The position numbers and the translations under genes are program-made. The notes under the pieces are model-generated. The model saw only the letters and a list, made by a program, of their open reading frames with translations, ran no database searches and was not told the origin of the DNA. From the NCBI GenBank assembly GCA_009914755.4, contig CP068257.2, positions 44,064,001-44,128,000 of the forward strand: a stretch of 64,000 bases of DNA, given 5' to 3'. This DNA comes from the human T2T-CHM13v2.0 reference genome, Homo sapiens. Of this stretch, positions 1 to 15,837 are shown piece after piece (the first letter of the stretch is position 1; each line of letters begins with the position of its first letter).

Positions 1-830
1 AAAACTATGTTTTGTCTAAAAGAAGCATATTTTAAAAGCAAGGATGTAGTTAGGTTGAAAGTAGACGAGAAAAATCTATACCACTTGAACATTAACCAAA
101 ACAAACTGGAATAACTTTATTACTGTAGTCAAAATTGACATTAAGGCAAAATATATTACCAGAGAAAATGAAGGTCATTGCATAATTATAAAAGGGCTAG
201 TTTAGTGGGAAGATGTAACACCCTGAATAGGCATGCATCTAATATTGTCTCCTTAAAATACAAAAAGCAAAAACAGAACTGAAAAGAGGAATAAATAAAT
301 ACACAATCATAGTTGAAAACTTTACATGGCATTACACTGAAATTTGTAAATAAATTTAGCAAGGTTGCTGGATAGAAGGTGAATAAAGACCACTCAATTA
401 TATTTCTATGTAGCAGCAGCAGTAAAATCAAAAGAACTTCTAGAAATAAAACCAGTGCCTCTATAGTAAAGACAACAGAATATCATTGAGAAAAATTAAA
501 GAATGCTTAAGTGGAGGAATAAATCATATTATTTGAATTGAAAAACTCAATATTATAAAAATATCAGTTCTTTCCCAAACTGCTCTTTGAAACTAAAACA
601 CCACGATCGAAATTTCAGCAATTTGTTTTTTTTAGGTGTAAATCAGCATGTTTATTCTAAAACATATAAAGATGTGCAAAAGACTTCGAATAGCACAGGC
701 AGTTGTAATGCAGAATGCCAGTGGAGGATCTCCACCAGCCATTATGAGGATATACTATTAAGCTATAGTAATCAGTACAGAGCCTTGACATAAGATGGAG
801 AAATTGAAATAGAAGAGTCAAGAAACAGAC
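1..830 (+). mobile_element. Old L1 (LINE-1) fragment covering the ORF2 N-terminal/endonuclease region; it is cut off by the window start.
   Basis: The plus-strand translation resembles the L1 ORF2 N-terminus (…HYIM.KG…, …IIVGDFNTPL… style motifs) and is interrupted by stops and frameshifts. It is AT-rich. Confidence 0.55.
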
Positions 831-1493
831 CCACCCAAATGGTGTGCTGTGCCAGTTATCTGTTATTACCTCTTAACTCCTGATCCCACCTGTCTTGGCC
901 CCGTTTGTTGAAATTGGTGCTGGACCCTAAGAAAATTCCTCCTTGACCAGTTGGCATAGTGGTGGGCTTGTCAGCAGAGGGTGCTGGAGGGACACGGGTA
1001 GAGGAAGGGGCTTCTCTTCCAGGTTTCAGGGCTTTTGTTCTTGTTTGATGGCATGGCAGCCAGTGGGCAGTTTCTTATCAAGAGTAGCCAGCACCCCAAT
1101 AGATGACTGCCCAGAGAGTCTCACAGGCACCTCAGCACTGGCTCCAGCCTCAAGTACCTCAGTGAGTTTCTCCAGTGGGTCACAGCCATGCCCTCTGTAA
1201 CAATGCCTGAATCTCAGACTTGTTAGAGAGACCCTCTTCTGAGTTTCTTCCATTTCTTAGGACTTTCCTTTACTGGCTTTTACATTTGTTATTCCTATAT
1301 TCTTTACAGTGGCCTTTACCCTTTACCCATCTTGATAGTTAATCCCTTTTACTAGTTATTCTTTTTATTAAATTTTCCCTACTCAAATTACTTCTGTAAT
1401 TATTGTCTCCTGACTAGAACCTGGTACATAAGGCCACTTGATTTTTAGCAAAGGCACCACCTACAATTAAGCACGAAAAGAATGGTCTTTTCC

Positions 1494-3150
<1,657 letters not shown>

Positions 3151-3154
3151 AAGT

Positions 3155-3463
3155 TGCCAGATGCTATGGCTCATACCTGCAGTTCCAGCACTTTGGGAGG
3201 CTGAGGCAGGAGGATTGCTTGAGTCTGGGAGTTTGAGACCAGCCTAGACAACATAGTGAGATATCACCTCTACAAAAAATTTAAGAATTAGCCGGGTGTA
3301 GGTGTGCACACCTGTGGTCCAAGCTACTCGGAAGGCTGAGATGGGAGGATTGCTCGAGCCTGGCCGGTGAAGGCTGCAGTGAGCCATGATCATGACACTG
3401 CACTCCACTGCACTCCAGCCTGGGCAACAGAGGGAGACCCTGTCTCAAAAAAAAAAAAAAAAA
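3155..3463 (+). mobile_element. Alu SINE, an older and more diverged copy (AluJ/S-like), with a 17-nt A-tail.
   Basis: Alu monomers are recognisable (…cagcactttgggaggctgaggcaggaggattgcttgag…ctgcactccagcctgggcaacagag…) with many substitutions. Confidence 0.9.
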
Positions 3464-5238
3464 TTACAAAGGAATTATTCTCCTACTTATCTTATTAATA
3501 AGACAGAGACAGAACATGTAGCCATGGCTCATTTTTGAATCAGCTGTGTCCTACTAGTTTCCAGAAAGTCCAGAAGACTTCTCCTCTGTTGTGTGAGCCT
3601 CATAAGTGGCCAGGGGTAGATATCACACAGGCTGAAGCATCTCAGTCATCAGACACCAGATGCTGAGTCCCCATCTGGCCCATCCACCTTCCCTACACAC
3701 TACTTCCCATGCACCTTATCCTGTTGTCTCACCTGGGCTTCACAATTTAGTCCCTGGGAGATGTGAAAAACAACTTTTTTCTATTTTACAAGTTAGAAAA
3801 CAGGAGTCTAGGGAATAAAATAATAATAACTCTCCCTTACTGCAACATCCCTATGTGCCAGGCCTGTTCCACAGACTCTCCAAGATTAGGCTGAGGTACC
3901 ATCCTCTTGGGGCTCCTTCCCCTTCTCCAAAGTGCCCACCTCTCTGACACTCCACATTGTTTGTGGAGTGTGTGCTCTTCTCTGATTATGCATACCTGAC
4001 ACTGTATGGCATTGAAGACATTTGTGTTCATGCATTAGCCTCCCATTATGGGGGACACATGCTTCTTGAGGATGGGGGCTGTCGCCCACCAAGCAGCTAC
4101 CAGGACAGGGCTTTTCAATAAATAATTTGTTGGGCTGAATTTCTAGCATCACATCTCAGAGCCTCAGCCTAGCAGGGCTCTCTTGGGGAGAAGGGATCTG
4201 GGGATCATCTGATGAAAGCAAGGACCAGCATGTGACATAGAGGAAAAGAAAGAGCAGTCTACGTGAGGTCTCTGGTCTGGTGCAGTGACAGCACTCATTC
4301 CAGAAGAGCTCTTGGCCAGGAATGTGGGAGCCAAAAGGCTGATTAGCTCATTGCTGCACTGCTGGCAAACATGCTGGCCTCTTGGCCCAGCCCCAAAAGA
4401 ATATGATGTGAACATTATGCACCATTAAGCTGACTCAGAGAACAAATGACTAAGTTTCCCATAATCAAGGAGATTTTGGCTTGGCCCTTCTTCATTTTGA
4501 TGCAACCTGAGTTTAATGCATCATGATGAATGATTCTGGTCCACACCAAAGGAAGTGTCTTTGCTGTGGGGTGTGTTCTTAGCCAGTCTTGCTTCACGGC
4601 AGGGGCAGGGAACATTTTACTGCCTTTCTAATGTTCTCCCAGCTATTCAGAATCCTCTGTGAACACTTTTCTCCAATAGCAAGCTATAAAACAGGTGATT
4701 CTGTTTATTGGAGCTGTGCTATTTAAAGACCAGCTTGCTCATTAACGTCACCTGCCACATCCCTGAGCTTTATGTAGCAACTCAAACATGGCTCACAAAT
4801 GGAGGAAAGTCTTCATACCCCAAGGTAATGAAAGATGTTAGAGGGTAATAAAAGAAATAAAATGGGCATAGACAACCTAATCCACACCTCTAAGTCCCCA
4901 GTGAGGCATGGCCTAGGGCTCTCCCAAGTGACCTAGAAGCTAACAATTCCACATCACTTTCTGCATTTTCATTATTCCTTCATCCTGGAGACCTTTTGTG
5001 GAGGGCACTGACTCCTGCGATTGATTCTTGAATAGCAGGAGACGATGGAGATTAGAAGATAAGCCAGAGTTCAATCTGCCCTCCCTCCACTGCACTCCAG
5101 TAGAGCTTTCAACCAACACCCGCTTCCTGTTTGTTACTAACAGCAAACCTCAGTGCCATCCAGTTTAGAGAAAGAGGCAGTAAGAGAGTCCAGAGTCACA
5201 TATAGCTTGTCATATCTGGAACTCTAGCCCTTACCCAG

Positions 5239-5601
5239 TGTATTAGTCTGTTCTCACACTGCTAATAAAAACATGCCTGAGAATGGACAATTTACAAAAG
5301 GAAGAGGTTTAATTGAAGGACTCACAGTTCCACATGGCTGGGGAGGCCCTCACAATCATGGCAGAAGGTGAAAGGCATGTCTCACATGGCAACAGACAAG
5401 AGAAGAGAGCTTGTGCAGGGAAACTCCCTGTATAAAACCATCAGATCTTAAGAGACTTATTCACTGTCACAAGAATAGCATGGGAAAGACCCACCCGCGT
5501 GATTCAATTATCTCCCACCAGGTCCCTCCCACAACATGTGGGAGTTTCGGGACCTACAATTCAAGATGAGATTTGGGTGGGGACACAGCCAAACCATATC
5601 A
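5239..5601 (-). mobile_element. MaLR LTR of THE1/MST type, with about 150 bp of probable MaLR internal sequence to its right (5601-5760).
   Basis: The reverse complement begins tgatatggtttggctgtgtccccacccaaatctcatcttgaattgta… and ends …tattagcagtgtgagaacagactaatacac. This matches the THE1-family LTR consensus as I recall it. Confidence 0.75.
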
Positions 5602-7208
5602 TTCCGCCCCAGCCCCTCTCAAATCTCATGTCTTCACATTTCAAAACCAATCATGCCTTCCCAACAGTTCCCCAAAGTCTTAACTCATTTCACCATTAGC
5701 TCAAATGTCCACAGTCAAAAGTCTCATCTGTCAGGTTTTCTGATTTCATTTCTGTAGTCAAGAAGCTGAGGGACAGGACCCATGCATGCCAGTGACAATG
5801 TTTGATGAGTCTGGTGGGAGGCTCTGCAATAGCAGGAAAAGCTCCCTGGGTGCTTCTGCTCTGAGACAGGAGATCTAAACCAGATGATTTCTCAGGACAC
5901 TTGGATTACTAATATTCTGTGGTCAATGATGCCCTTAGGCCCTGAAAAATCCTGTCTTTTTAGAAAGACAATCATATTTAATGTGTTCTAGGGAATAAAT
6001 CAGAAACTTAGTCTTACGGTTTAAGGAATTTTCTAATAATGATCTGGAAACTGAAAGGGAACGCATTAATCAGAATTCTCTGTTCCCTGGATTCCCAATA
6101 GAAGAGATGTTCCTGTATTTCCACAAGGAGCCCTGGAAGCAGCCCACAGATGGAGAGGACTGAGGCCAAGTGAGGATGAGTACACAGCACCCCCTGTACT
6201 GTGATCTTGGGCCTGTGTCCCACACCCTCCACAGGGACAGTTCCTTCTGCAAGGTGCCCGCCCAGCAACAACCACCTCTCCGGTGCTAACAGACCTTTTT
6301 TTTCTCCACTGCGCAGTGTGCCATAGGTATCCCGTGCATGTGAGTGAGCCAGCCAGAGAGCTCCATGTCCCGATACCAGGCAGTGAGATGTGAATTCCTG
6401 TCTAGGGCTGTAACCTGCCAGACTGCTTCCAGCCTACATGAAGGCTGGTCACTCCCTCCTTCTCAGGCACTGCGTCCCTCAGCCCAGAGCCTTCTGTAGA
6501 GAGCTGCTGTGGCTCCAGCTTTCCCATCTCCTCCACCATTTTACATCTTCTTAGGCAGCCTTTCAGTGGAGAGCTTGTCCTACCAACATTTTCTCCCTCC
6601 TAAAGTACTGAAAAAAACCCTTAGGAGCGAAAAATCATCTGCAGTATCCCTGATCCCCTTCTCAGAACAGCACAGTGTCCCCACCAAGTGCTAATAAATG
6701 TTGTTGGATAAGAGAACAATTTGGTTTAAATCTCCTCTCACAGAGCAGAATCGCCTGGAGGGATTTTGCCTTGAAAATTAAATTCTGATATCAATTTCTA
6801 AAATTATTTACAATATTAAAGTTGAAATGAATCCATCACACAGTTTCCTTCCAATGTTAGTCTTTCAAGTGAACCTACTTTCCTATTAGCAGTCACCTAA
6901 AAACAAATAAGCAAACAAACAGGTAACTCAGTCTTCCCTCTGACTCAGTGTGAGGAAAGGGACAGGCAGCATCTGGTGACAGCTTACTTCAGTGGGTCTC
7001 CATGGTTCTTCACCAAAACCACTTGTGTTTCCTCTTCAAGCACCACAGTATCCTATGACACTAGGCCAGTGGGCTCTCAAACTTTTGGAATTCAGGACTC
7101 CTTTCCTCTCAACTTCTTAAGTTGGGTTCTATCTATTGATAGTTACATTACTTGAAATTAACACAGATATTTTAAAATTATTCAGAAATTCATTTACAAT
7201 AATAATGA

Positions 7209-7603
<395 letters not shown>

Positions 7604-8087
7604 TAGTGAGGAGAATTTCTAGAACTCTTTAATGTCAGAATTACTATGACAGCTTGATTCTCCTATGTCCTTCTGCATTAATCTGTTGCGATACATTGTT
7701 CTGATTGAATTATGTGAAGAAAACCCAGCCTCACATGAATAGGTGGCTAGAAACAAGAGGAGTATTTTCATAGCTTTATCAGATTATTGTAGATGTTCTT
7801 GTTAGATAGGGCATCAAAACTTGACAGGTGGTAGTTTCTTAAAGGTTAGTTGCAACATGGAGTCTGAAACACTATCAGTAAACTTGTAGTATTTTATTAC
7901 AGCCCATTGTCTGTCAGTCTTGCCCTGCAAACAAATATTTTACTATGCATGATTTTCATAACATGCATTAGTCATTTGGAAATATTATTCACTGAGTTAT
8001 GAAGATTTTCCTAACGTTAACACATTTCTGTATACAGTGTCAAAAAAAATCACTTGATAATTTCACCACTAAGCTCATCAGAAACAT

Positions 8088-9215
8088 CAGGTATAGGCAA
8101 ATCTCGGAGCTATTGCAGGTTATGTTCCAGACCACCACAATAAAGCAAATATCAAAGCAAGTCACATGAATTTTTTGGTTTCTCAAGGCAAACAAAAGTT
8201 ATGTTTACACTCTAGTCTATTGTGTGCAATAGCATTATGTCTAAAAACAATGTATGTGCCTTAATTTTAAAAATACTTTATTGCTAAAAAATGCTAATAA
8301 TCATCTGAGCCTTCAGTGAGTCATCATCTTCTCACTGGTGGAGAGTCTTACCTGGATGTTAATGGCCGCTGACTGATCAGGGTGATGATAGTTGCTGAAG
8401 GCTGGGGTGGCTATGGCAATTTCTGAAAATAAGACAACACTAAAGTTTGCCACATCAATGGACTCTTCCTTTCACGAAAGTTTTCTCTGTAGCATGTGAT
8501 GCTGTTTGATAGCCTTTCACCACGGTATAACTTCTTTCAAAATTGGAGTCAGTCCTCTCAAACCCTGCTGCTGCTTTAGCAACTAAGCTTATGTAATATT
8601 AATATTCTAAACCCTTTGTTGTCATCTCAACAATGTTCACAGCATCTTCACTACTAGTAGACTGCATCTCAAGTAACCACTTTTCTGCTTCTCATCCATA
8701 AGAAGCAACTCCTTATCCATTCAAGTTTGATCATGAGATTGCAGCAATTCAGTCACATCTTCAGGCTCCACTTCTAATTCTAGTTCTCTTGCTGTTTTCA
8801 CCACATCTGCAGTGACTTCCTTCAATAAAGGATGGAACCCCTTAAAGGCATCCGTGAGGGTTGGAATCAACTTCTTCCAAACTCTGTTGATGTTGTGACC
8901 TCCTCCCATGAGTCACAAATGTTCTTAATGACATCGAGAACGGTGAATGCCTCTCAGAAGGTTTTCAATTTACTTTGCCCAGATCCATCAGAGGAATCAC
9001 CATCTGTGGCAGCTATAGCCTTACAAAATGTATTTCTTAAGTAGTAACACTTGAAAGTCAAAATTACTCCTTGACCCGTGTCTTGCAGAATGGATGCGGT
9101 GTTAACGGGCATGAAAACAACATTCATCTCCTTGCACATCTCCATCAGAGCTCTTGGGTGCATTGTTCATGAGCAGTAATATTTTGAGAGGAACCTTTTT
9201 CTGGGGTACAGTGGC
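8088..9215 (-). mobile_element. Tigger1 (pogo/Tc1-like DNA transposon) fragment comprising one terminal inverted repeat and the transposase C-terminal region.
   Basis: It starts with the Tigger1 TIR caggtataggcaaatctcggagctattgcaggttatgttccagaccaccacaataaagc. Minus-strand ORFs read …WKKLIPTLTDAFKGF…EVTADVV..ARELELEVEPEDVTELLQSHD… and …[61 protein letters not shown], matching the pogo-like Tigger1 transposase. Confidence 0.8.
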
Positions 9216-9224
9216 TGGGAGAGG

Positions 9225-10010
9225 GTGAGTTGGTCTTGAAGGGCCTTGGAGGCCGATAGGAGAATTAGACTTTTACTCCGTGGGAAATAGGGAGCCATTG
9301 CAGGGTTTAGAGCAGAGCAATGACATGAATAGACTTAGCCTGTAAAAGGAGGATTGTGCCTGCTGTTTCGGGGGGCATGAACAGAAGAAGGAGCACATTC
9401 ATCAGGTAGGATGGTGGTGGCTGTGACCAGGGTGGCAGCAGTGGATATGCATGGTGGCTGGGTTCTGGGTGTAGTTTGGTGATACATCTCCTGGGGCTTG
9501 CTCATGAACATGCATGTGACATGAAAAGGAGAGGCATCAAGAGTGGCTCTTGGCTTGATAGCCTAGCAAGGTGGCTTTGCAGTTGTCACATGAGGTTGCA
9601 GTTTGGACATGTCCTGTGGTGGATAGCAATGGAATGTTACATGTTAGCAGGGGTTTGGGAGAGAGGACCAGGACATGGAGATGGAGGTTGCGAGTGGTTG
9701 ATGGATGAAATTACCAAGTAGGGAGTACAAGGAGAGACGAGGATCCAGGATGGAGGCTGGCCCTCTGGCTGATGTCAAGAGGTCAGAAGGGAAGACACGT
9801 TTATCTTGAGTTGGGAAGAACAAACTGGTCAGCTGGAGGAAAGCCAAGGGGCACTGCCCAGCCGCTGAGTGGGTGGTGGTGAAGGTCATATCAGATGCTG
9901 GGGATGGCTCCAAGGAGACTCTGGTGGCAACCCTGAGCAGTGTGGAGTCAATGGTGGCTGGGAGAAGGGCCATCACTGCTGGGGTGGAGCAGAGCCCTCA
10001 GGAATGAGGG
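9225..10010 (+). mobile_element. Ancient interspersed repeat copy whose family I cannot name with confidence.
   Basis: The start ggccttggaggccgataggagaattagacttttactc…gggagccattgcagggtttagagcagagcaatgacatgaatagacttagc… parallels a mammalian repeat consensus I recognise (ggccttggaggccatggtaagga…gggaagccattggagggttttgagcagg…). Naming it needs RepeatMasker. Confidence 0.35.
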
Positions 10011-12121
10011 GAGTTGACATAGTTTGTCTGCAGAAAGGAGTAAGGAAACATGGTGGTTGGTGGGGGAACTGGGAACAAGAGCAGGAAGTTTTAAAATGCA
10101 GGACATGCTATCCTCTGTTGCTGTGGTCTGCGGGCCAGCTGCAGACTGGGAGGCCGCAGCGTCTGCCCCCATTTTCCTGCTCTCCCCTGGCAGAGGCGCC
10201 CCAGGGGGCTCCAGGGGAGTGCTGTCTGCTGCTGGCGGTGGGGGGCGGTGATCGGATATGGGAAGGAGGGAGACATGGAGACATAAAACATTGTCTAAGT
10301 GAAGGGCAATCGTATTTGAAGTAATTTGAAGATTGACAGGAAATTCATAAAGGGAATATGGAGTTCCGTTTACAACAGCAAGAGATGCCTTGTCCATAGC
10401 TTCCTGACCTCTGGAAGAACAGAAGTTGCTGCTGGCAGAGTTCCAAAACATGAAAATGTAAAATGGAATTGAATAATCTCTCCTAAATCAATTTTGTGAG
10501 CCAAATGACCTAGAGAGTGATGTGATACAGTGCAGGTAGACGACACAGGGCGCTGCTGTCTGCTGAATACATGATGGCAGTTGATTCTGGAGATAACCAA
10601 ATACCAGCTTCCCTTTGGTCTCTGGAGCCTGGTTTCTACCATTAGCCTCCACAGAGCCCATCTTGGGGAGGTGTGCCTCTTTTTTCTGGCTTCGGTGTGC
10701 TGATTCCAGAGTCTGTTGTGAGGGTCACCTTGCTGGCTGTGAGGAGCTCTCTCTCTGGGCCCAGCCGGAAGGCCCTTGCAGCCTCTTTTCAGGAGCACTG
10801 GGCTGTTGCTTTCTGTGCAGCATGGTGTGGATGCATCCTCTGAGTGAGGCTCATTTGCTTATGTGAGTTCCCTTGATCAGCCAGGTTCCCAGGGAATCTG
10901 TGGAGACTGGCTGTGTCAGCCACTGAGGCCAAGTGAGGGCTGTTGCTGTTTGTACTTATCCAGGGACACCTTCAGCTTGAGGCCCCACCCTTGTGAGCAG
11001 GGGCCTCAGTGAGCATCTTAGGGTCTCTGTGTGAGGTCACAGTAGGACCCAGACTGGAGATGTGGGCACAGTGGGTAAGTGACACCAGGGCTGGGACAAG
11101 CAGAGCCCCTCCTCGGCTGAAGATGTCCCCTGTGCACATAGAGACAAGGGCTCCTGCAGCTCCCTGGGGAGTCTAGCAATTGGTGGCTGTGTTTTCTCTG
11201 GGGATTCTTTACTGGGCGTGCACTTCTACCTGGCTTGACCTGCTTAAGGCATGTCAGGGTGCTCCTGTCTGTGAATTGGCAGGGAAAGTGCCTGTCAGTG
11301 TGGACCCAAACAGGGAACCTCTGGGCACCTGTGGTTGCCACAAATCAGGGATCCGTGGATGTTTTCTGTCAAGTCCTGGATAGTAAATATTTCAGGCATG
11401 AGGGTCACATATGGTCTCTTATAGTCTTTTTTTTTCCCCCTCTCAGCCTTTTAAAATAATAAAAATCATTTTTGGTTCATAGGTTGTACAGAAATGGTCT
11501 GTGGGCCATGGCTTACTGACCCCTGCTGTGAGCCCAGGAGGCAGGAATAAAATACTGACTTGGCCATGGTGCTCACTAATTCAGTCTCCATAGAGGTGAA
11601 GGAGGCACAGAGCACGTCCCTTGTTGGGACAGATCATTCTTTTGCACATGTGTGTTTATGTCAGTGTGAAAGTCAGTTTTGAAGAGGACCCTCCATCTTT
11701 CTTACAGCCTTTCACCATTCAAGACACTCAGTTGTCAAAGAGTCTTTTCCACCTTTACATTAGCAATGTTGTGTTTTAGAAAATCCTCCTCATTGCTGCA
11801 GTACATCAAAGGTAATGAATTTGAACAAACTTTCTCCTCCTGGAGCAGTCTTCTCTACTCTGACTACACATTAGTCATCTGGGGGGCTTTTGCAAAACAG
11901 CAGTGTCCAGGTCCCCTAACCAGGAAAGTCGAATCTCTTGGGGGCCCTGACATCACTGTGTAGCCGGAGGAAGAGCCCTCTGCCCAGGCTCACAGCATCT
12001 AGCAGCAGGTTCATTGATTCTGAGTGTGCTGCCTGGATGCCCAGTCTGGCTGACGTTACAGTATGCAGAGTCTCTTACACATTGGGGTGTGACAGGAGCT
12101 CACTATTGCTGCTAGTGCAGG

Positions 12122-12270
12122 CTTCTCCTTTCCCTCCCTCTGCTCTCTCCCTCCTTTCTCTCCCTCCCCTCTCCCTCTGCCATCTCTCTCTACTGCCCCC
12201 CTTTCCCTACCTATCTCTATTTCTCTCTCTCCCTCTGTATAGCTCCCTCCCCAGTCCCCACTGCTGCCCA
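12122..12270. repeat. Polypyrimidine (CT-rich) low-complexity tract of about 150 bp, more than 90% C+T on the plus strand.
   Basis: ttctcctttccctccctctgctctctccctcctttctctccctcccctctccctctgccatctctctctactgccccc…ctctctccctctg. Confidence 0.85.
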
Positions 12271-12912
12271 TGTACTGTAAATGCTCTAGAATTTAGGAAA
12301 GATTTTTGGCTTAATCAGCAAGTGCTGGTTCAATTAGCACAAATCCCAAATGACATGAGGAGGTCTTTCAGCATTTAGGTTGAGAAGCCCTAGCCAGGCA
12401 GAGGGAGGCAGGCTGATGTGGAGCATCCACCATGTGCACTTAGGGTGAGCACGCTGCCTTTCAGATGTCAGGGACACCAGTAAGCCCCTGTTCTCTCTCT
12501 GCTTCAGTTGATACTGTTTCAGTTCCCAGTGGGACTGACATCTAGGAATTAGGTATTTACTTTAAAAAATATTTCTCTCTGCAACTTGGATCAAACAAAG
12601 TTCAAGAAACTGCTTAGAAAGAGGTTGGTAAAAAGATGACAGAAAATCTCTTGGTTATGAGGCTTGTCAGCAAGTTTATTTTGTCCTTTTCTGTAACTTT
12701 TATTTCTAGGCCCCTAAGGTCAGCTTCTGCTTGCTCTTCATGCTGACTGAGTGTGCACGTACATTATTGATAGCAGGAGCGGGAAAGGAGTAATGCTTTC
12801 TACTTGGAAATATTCCCTGATAGAAGCCTTGAAATTGGAATACTTTTTTGTCTCTGGGGATCTAGGTCAGTGCTTCTGAAACTTTAGCGTGCACGAGTCA
12901 CCTGGGTTTTTA

Positions 12913-13402
<490 letters not shown>

Positions 13403-14659
13403 TTATTAGGAGCATAATATCCAAATAGTGGAGGTGATAGTCCTGCTTCTCTGTGTGCTGCCTGCCTGAACTTGGACTCCTGGGAGAGGCAGGGAGAGAG
13501 TGGGGCCATCACTGGCACGTGCAGACAATGGAAGTGTCAAGACCCCACGCTGAAGCATCTTCTGAACTGCAGAGCTGAGCACCCCAGGTGTCATCTTGAC
13601 TGCACATGTAGCCCCAGGAAGCTGGTCTTCCCAGGTGAGGAGGATGACCTGAGAAGCTTGCTCAAGGTCACTCCACTGGTGTCAGGATTTAGCCCAGGTA
13701 TCTTCAGTGGCAAAGCCGACGTTCTGCTTCATCACTGAATAAAACTATGGGACTGAGGAAGTTTAATTCTACTGAGATAGCCTGACTCAGCATACCCTAC
13801 TTCCCTCCTTCCTAGGGGTTCCACATGCCGAAATTGGGAAAAAGCTTTAGACTGGTTCTATGTGAAAGGAGGATGTTTGGGATCACCATGTGGGTACTAT
13901 GGGGGAGGGATAGGTTGCAGCTTTTCTTCTCAAGGGCTAGAGTGGTGCTCTGGTCTCCTGAAGGTATTCCTGCAGAGGGTGGGCCACTTTATGGGAGGAG
14001 GTGTGGCAGGAGGGTCAGAATCTGCATTTCTGCCCAATTCCAAGGTCAAATTGCTGCTGTGAGAGTTCAGGGATCCTGTGAATCCCCATGGTTTCTGACC
14101 CCCTGAACCCTTGAGGAACACTGTTGATCAAGAAGCCAAGGAGGGCAACACCACTGTTTTGCTGCTTAAGTTTGGAAACCATAGAAATCTTGGAAGCTGA
14201 CAAAGGATTCTCCTAAAATTCAGGAAACAAAGTGAAAGGGATCACTTGTAAAACATAGCTTCATATAAGCAAACTTCATGAGATAAAGAAATAAAAATCA
14301 ATGTCTCATTTAAATAGAAAAAGAAAAGCTAGCAACCGTAGCTTGCAGCAGGGGTGGGAGTTAATACAATGAGGGGTTAATCCCTTCAAAGATTCAGAAA
14401 TACTTTTAGGGAATTAATGTCCAAGATCTAATGGCATATTGGTGACTGTGATTCATGTGGGTTCCGTAGAGGCTTTTAGACCCTGGCTCTGTTTCAAGGG
14501 CGGAAGAATCCTTTGTTCCCCGTAGGAGCATTTGCACTGTTCACACACATGTCCAGTTGTCCAGAAAGCTCTGCATATGGCTGGGCGAGGCCCCCACTGG
14601 CAGGCCCATGTGTGTGCAGAGGCCAAGGGACCCAGCATGGATGAAGAAGCTGGCCTGAG

Positions 14660-14880
14660 CTTCAGTGCCTGGTAGATGTGATTTCAAAGACTGGTTTCCT
14701 TGCTTGCTAGCGGCAGAACTTTTGGACAAATGCTTAGCCTTTCTGGGCCTCCGTTTCCCCATTTGTAAAACAGAAACAACAGTCCATGTCTTGCTGAGCT
14801 GGCATGAGGAGAGCAGCCATGCAGAGGAAGTGCCTGGCATGCTGTAAGTTCTCAGCAGAAGGGGCTGCTGTTATGGCAGG
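14660..14880 (+). mobile_element. MIR (mammalian-wide interspersed repeat) fragment.
   Basis: The core …tgcttagcctttctgggcctccgtttccccatttgtaaaacag…gcatgaggag…cagaggaagtgcctggcatgctgtaagttctcagcag… resembles the MIR consensus (…ctctctgagcctcagtttcctcatctgtaaaatgggga…gcgcttagaacagtgcctggcacatagtaag…). Confidence 0.6.
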
Positions 14881-15837
14881 GTCCAAAATTGCTAGCCTGT
14901 CTTCGGAACATTCGGCCTCTTAAGCTGAGTATTCACTGTAAGAATTAAGAAATATTTTGGGGCAAGGCTGACATTTTCTGCTTCAGTTGTGACTAAGTAC
15001 ATCACATACCTTAGTCAGAGGAGAAACACTCTATATCTTAGATACATGGCATCTAACTGGGTGCCTCAAATGATGAAATATTGAGTACTTCCTGTAAACT
15101 TGGACTTTCTAGGTTCCTCTTCTAAAGACACCATCACCGTGACCTCTGCAATGTCAGTGTCTGAAGATAGGCGACGACTTTTCAGAATTTGGCACTGCCG
15201 TGAGAGCTGCTGTTTTCCCAACATGTTCAGACTAAGACGGGGGCCTTTTTTTTTTCTTTAATTGCTATTTCTTAATATTTTTTCTGATTTTAGAATGGTG
15301 TTAGATTTACAGAATTATGATGAGGATGGTACAGAGAATCTTTGTAAACCCCACATCCAGTTTAACATCTTACATCAGTAAGGGACATTTGTCATAGTTA
15401 ATGGACCAATATCAGCCATTATTATTAACTAAAGTCCATACTTCAGATTTCTTCAGTTTTCCCGTAATGTCCTTTTCTGTTCCAGGATCCTAGCCAAGAT
15501 CCCACATTATATTTAATCATTGTGGTTCCTCAGGCTCCTCTTGGCTGTGACAGCTTCTCAGACTTTCCTTGTTTTTGATGACTTTGACAATTTTGAGGAG
15601 GACTGGGCAGGTACTTTGTAGAATGTGCCTCATTTGGGATCTGCTGGGATCTGGTGTTTTCTGGTGATTAGTTATGGGTTTTGGGGATGAAGACACTGAG
15701 ATAAACTGCCAGTTCTATCACTGTCAGTTTATGTCAAGGAAGCTCACTGTCAGCATGACTCATCACTGTTCATGGTGACCTTGATCACCTGGCTGAGGTG
15801 TGTTTGTCAGATTTCTTCACTGTAAAGTGACTCTTCT

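Noticed and set aside
9869-10451. Overlapping 151-aa (plus) and 167-aa (minus) ORFs
   Set aside because: They lie partly inside the ancient interspersed repeat copy at 9225-10010 and in G-rich low-complexity sequence. The peptides are low-complexity (GGG and PPP runs) and overlap each other on opposite strands.
10400-11420. Possible old DNA-transposon or LTR fragment containing the motif …ggatagtaaatatttcaggcatgagggtcacatatggtctc…
   Set aside because: The motif resembles a common mammalian repeat (…agtaaatatttcaggctttgcgggccatatggtctc…). I cannot delimit or name the element reliably, so I left it unannotated.
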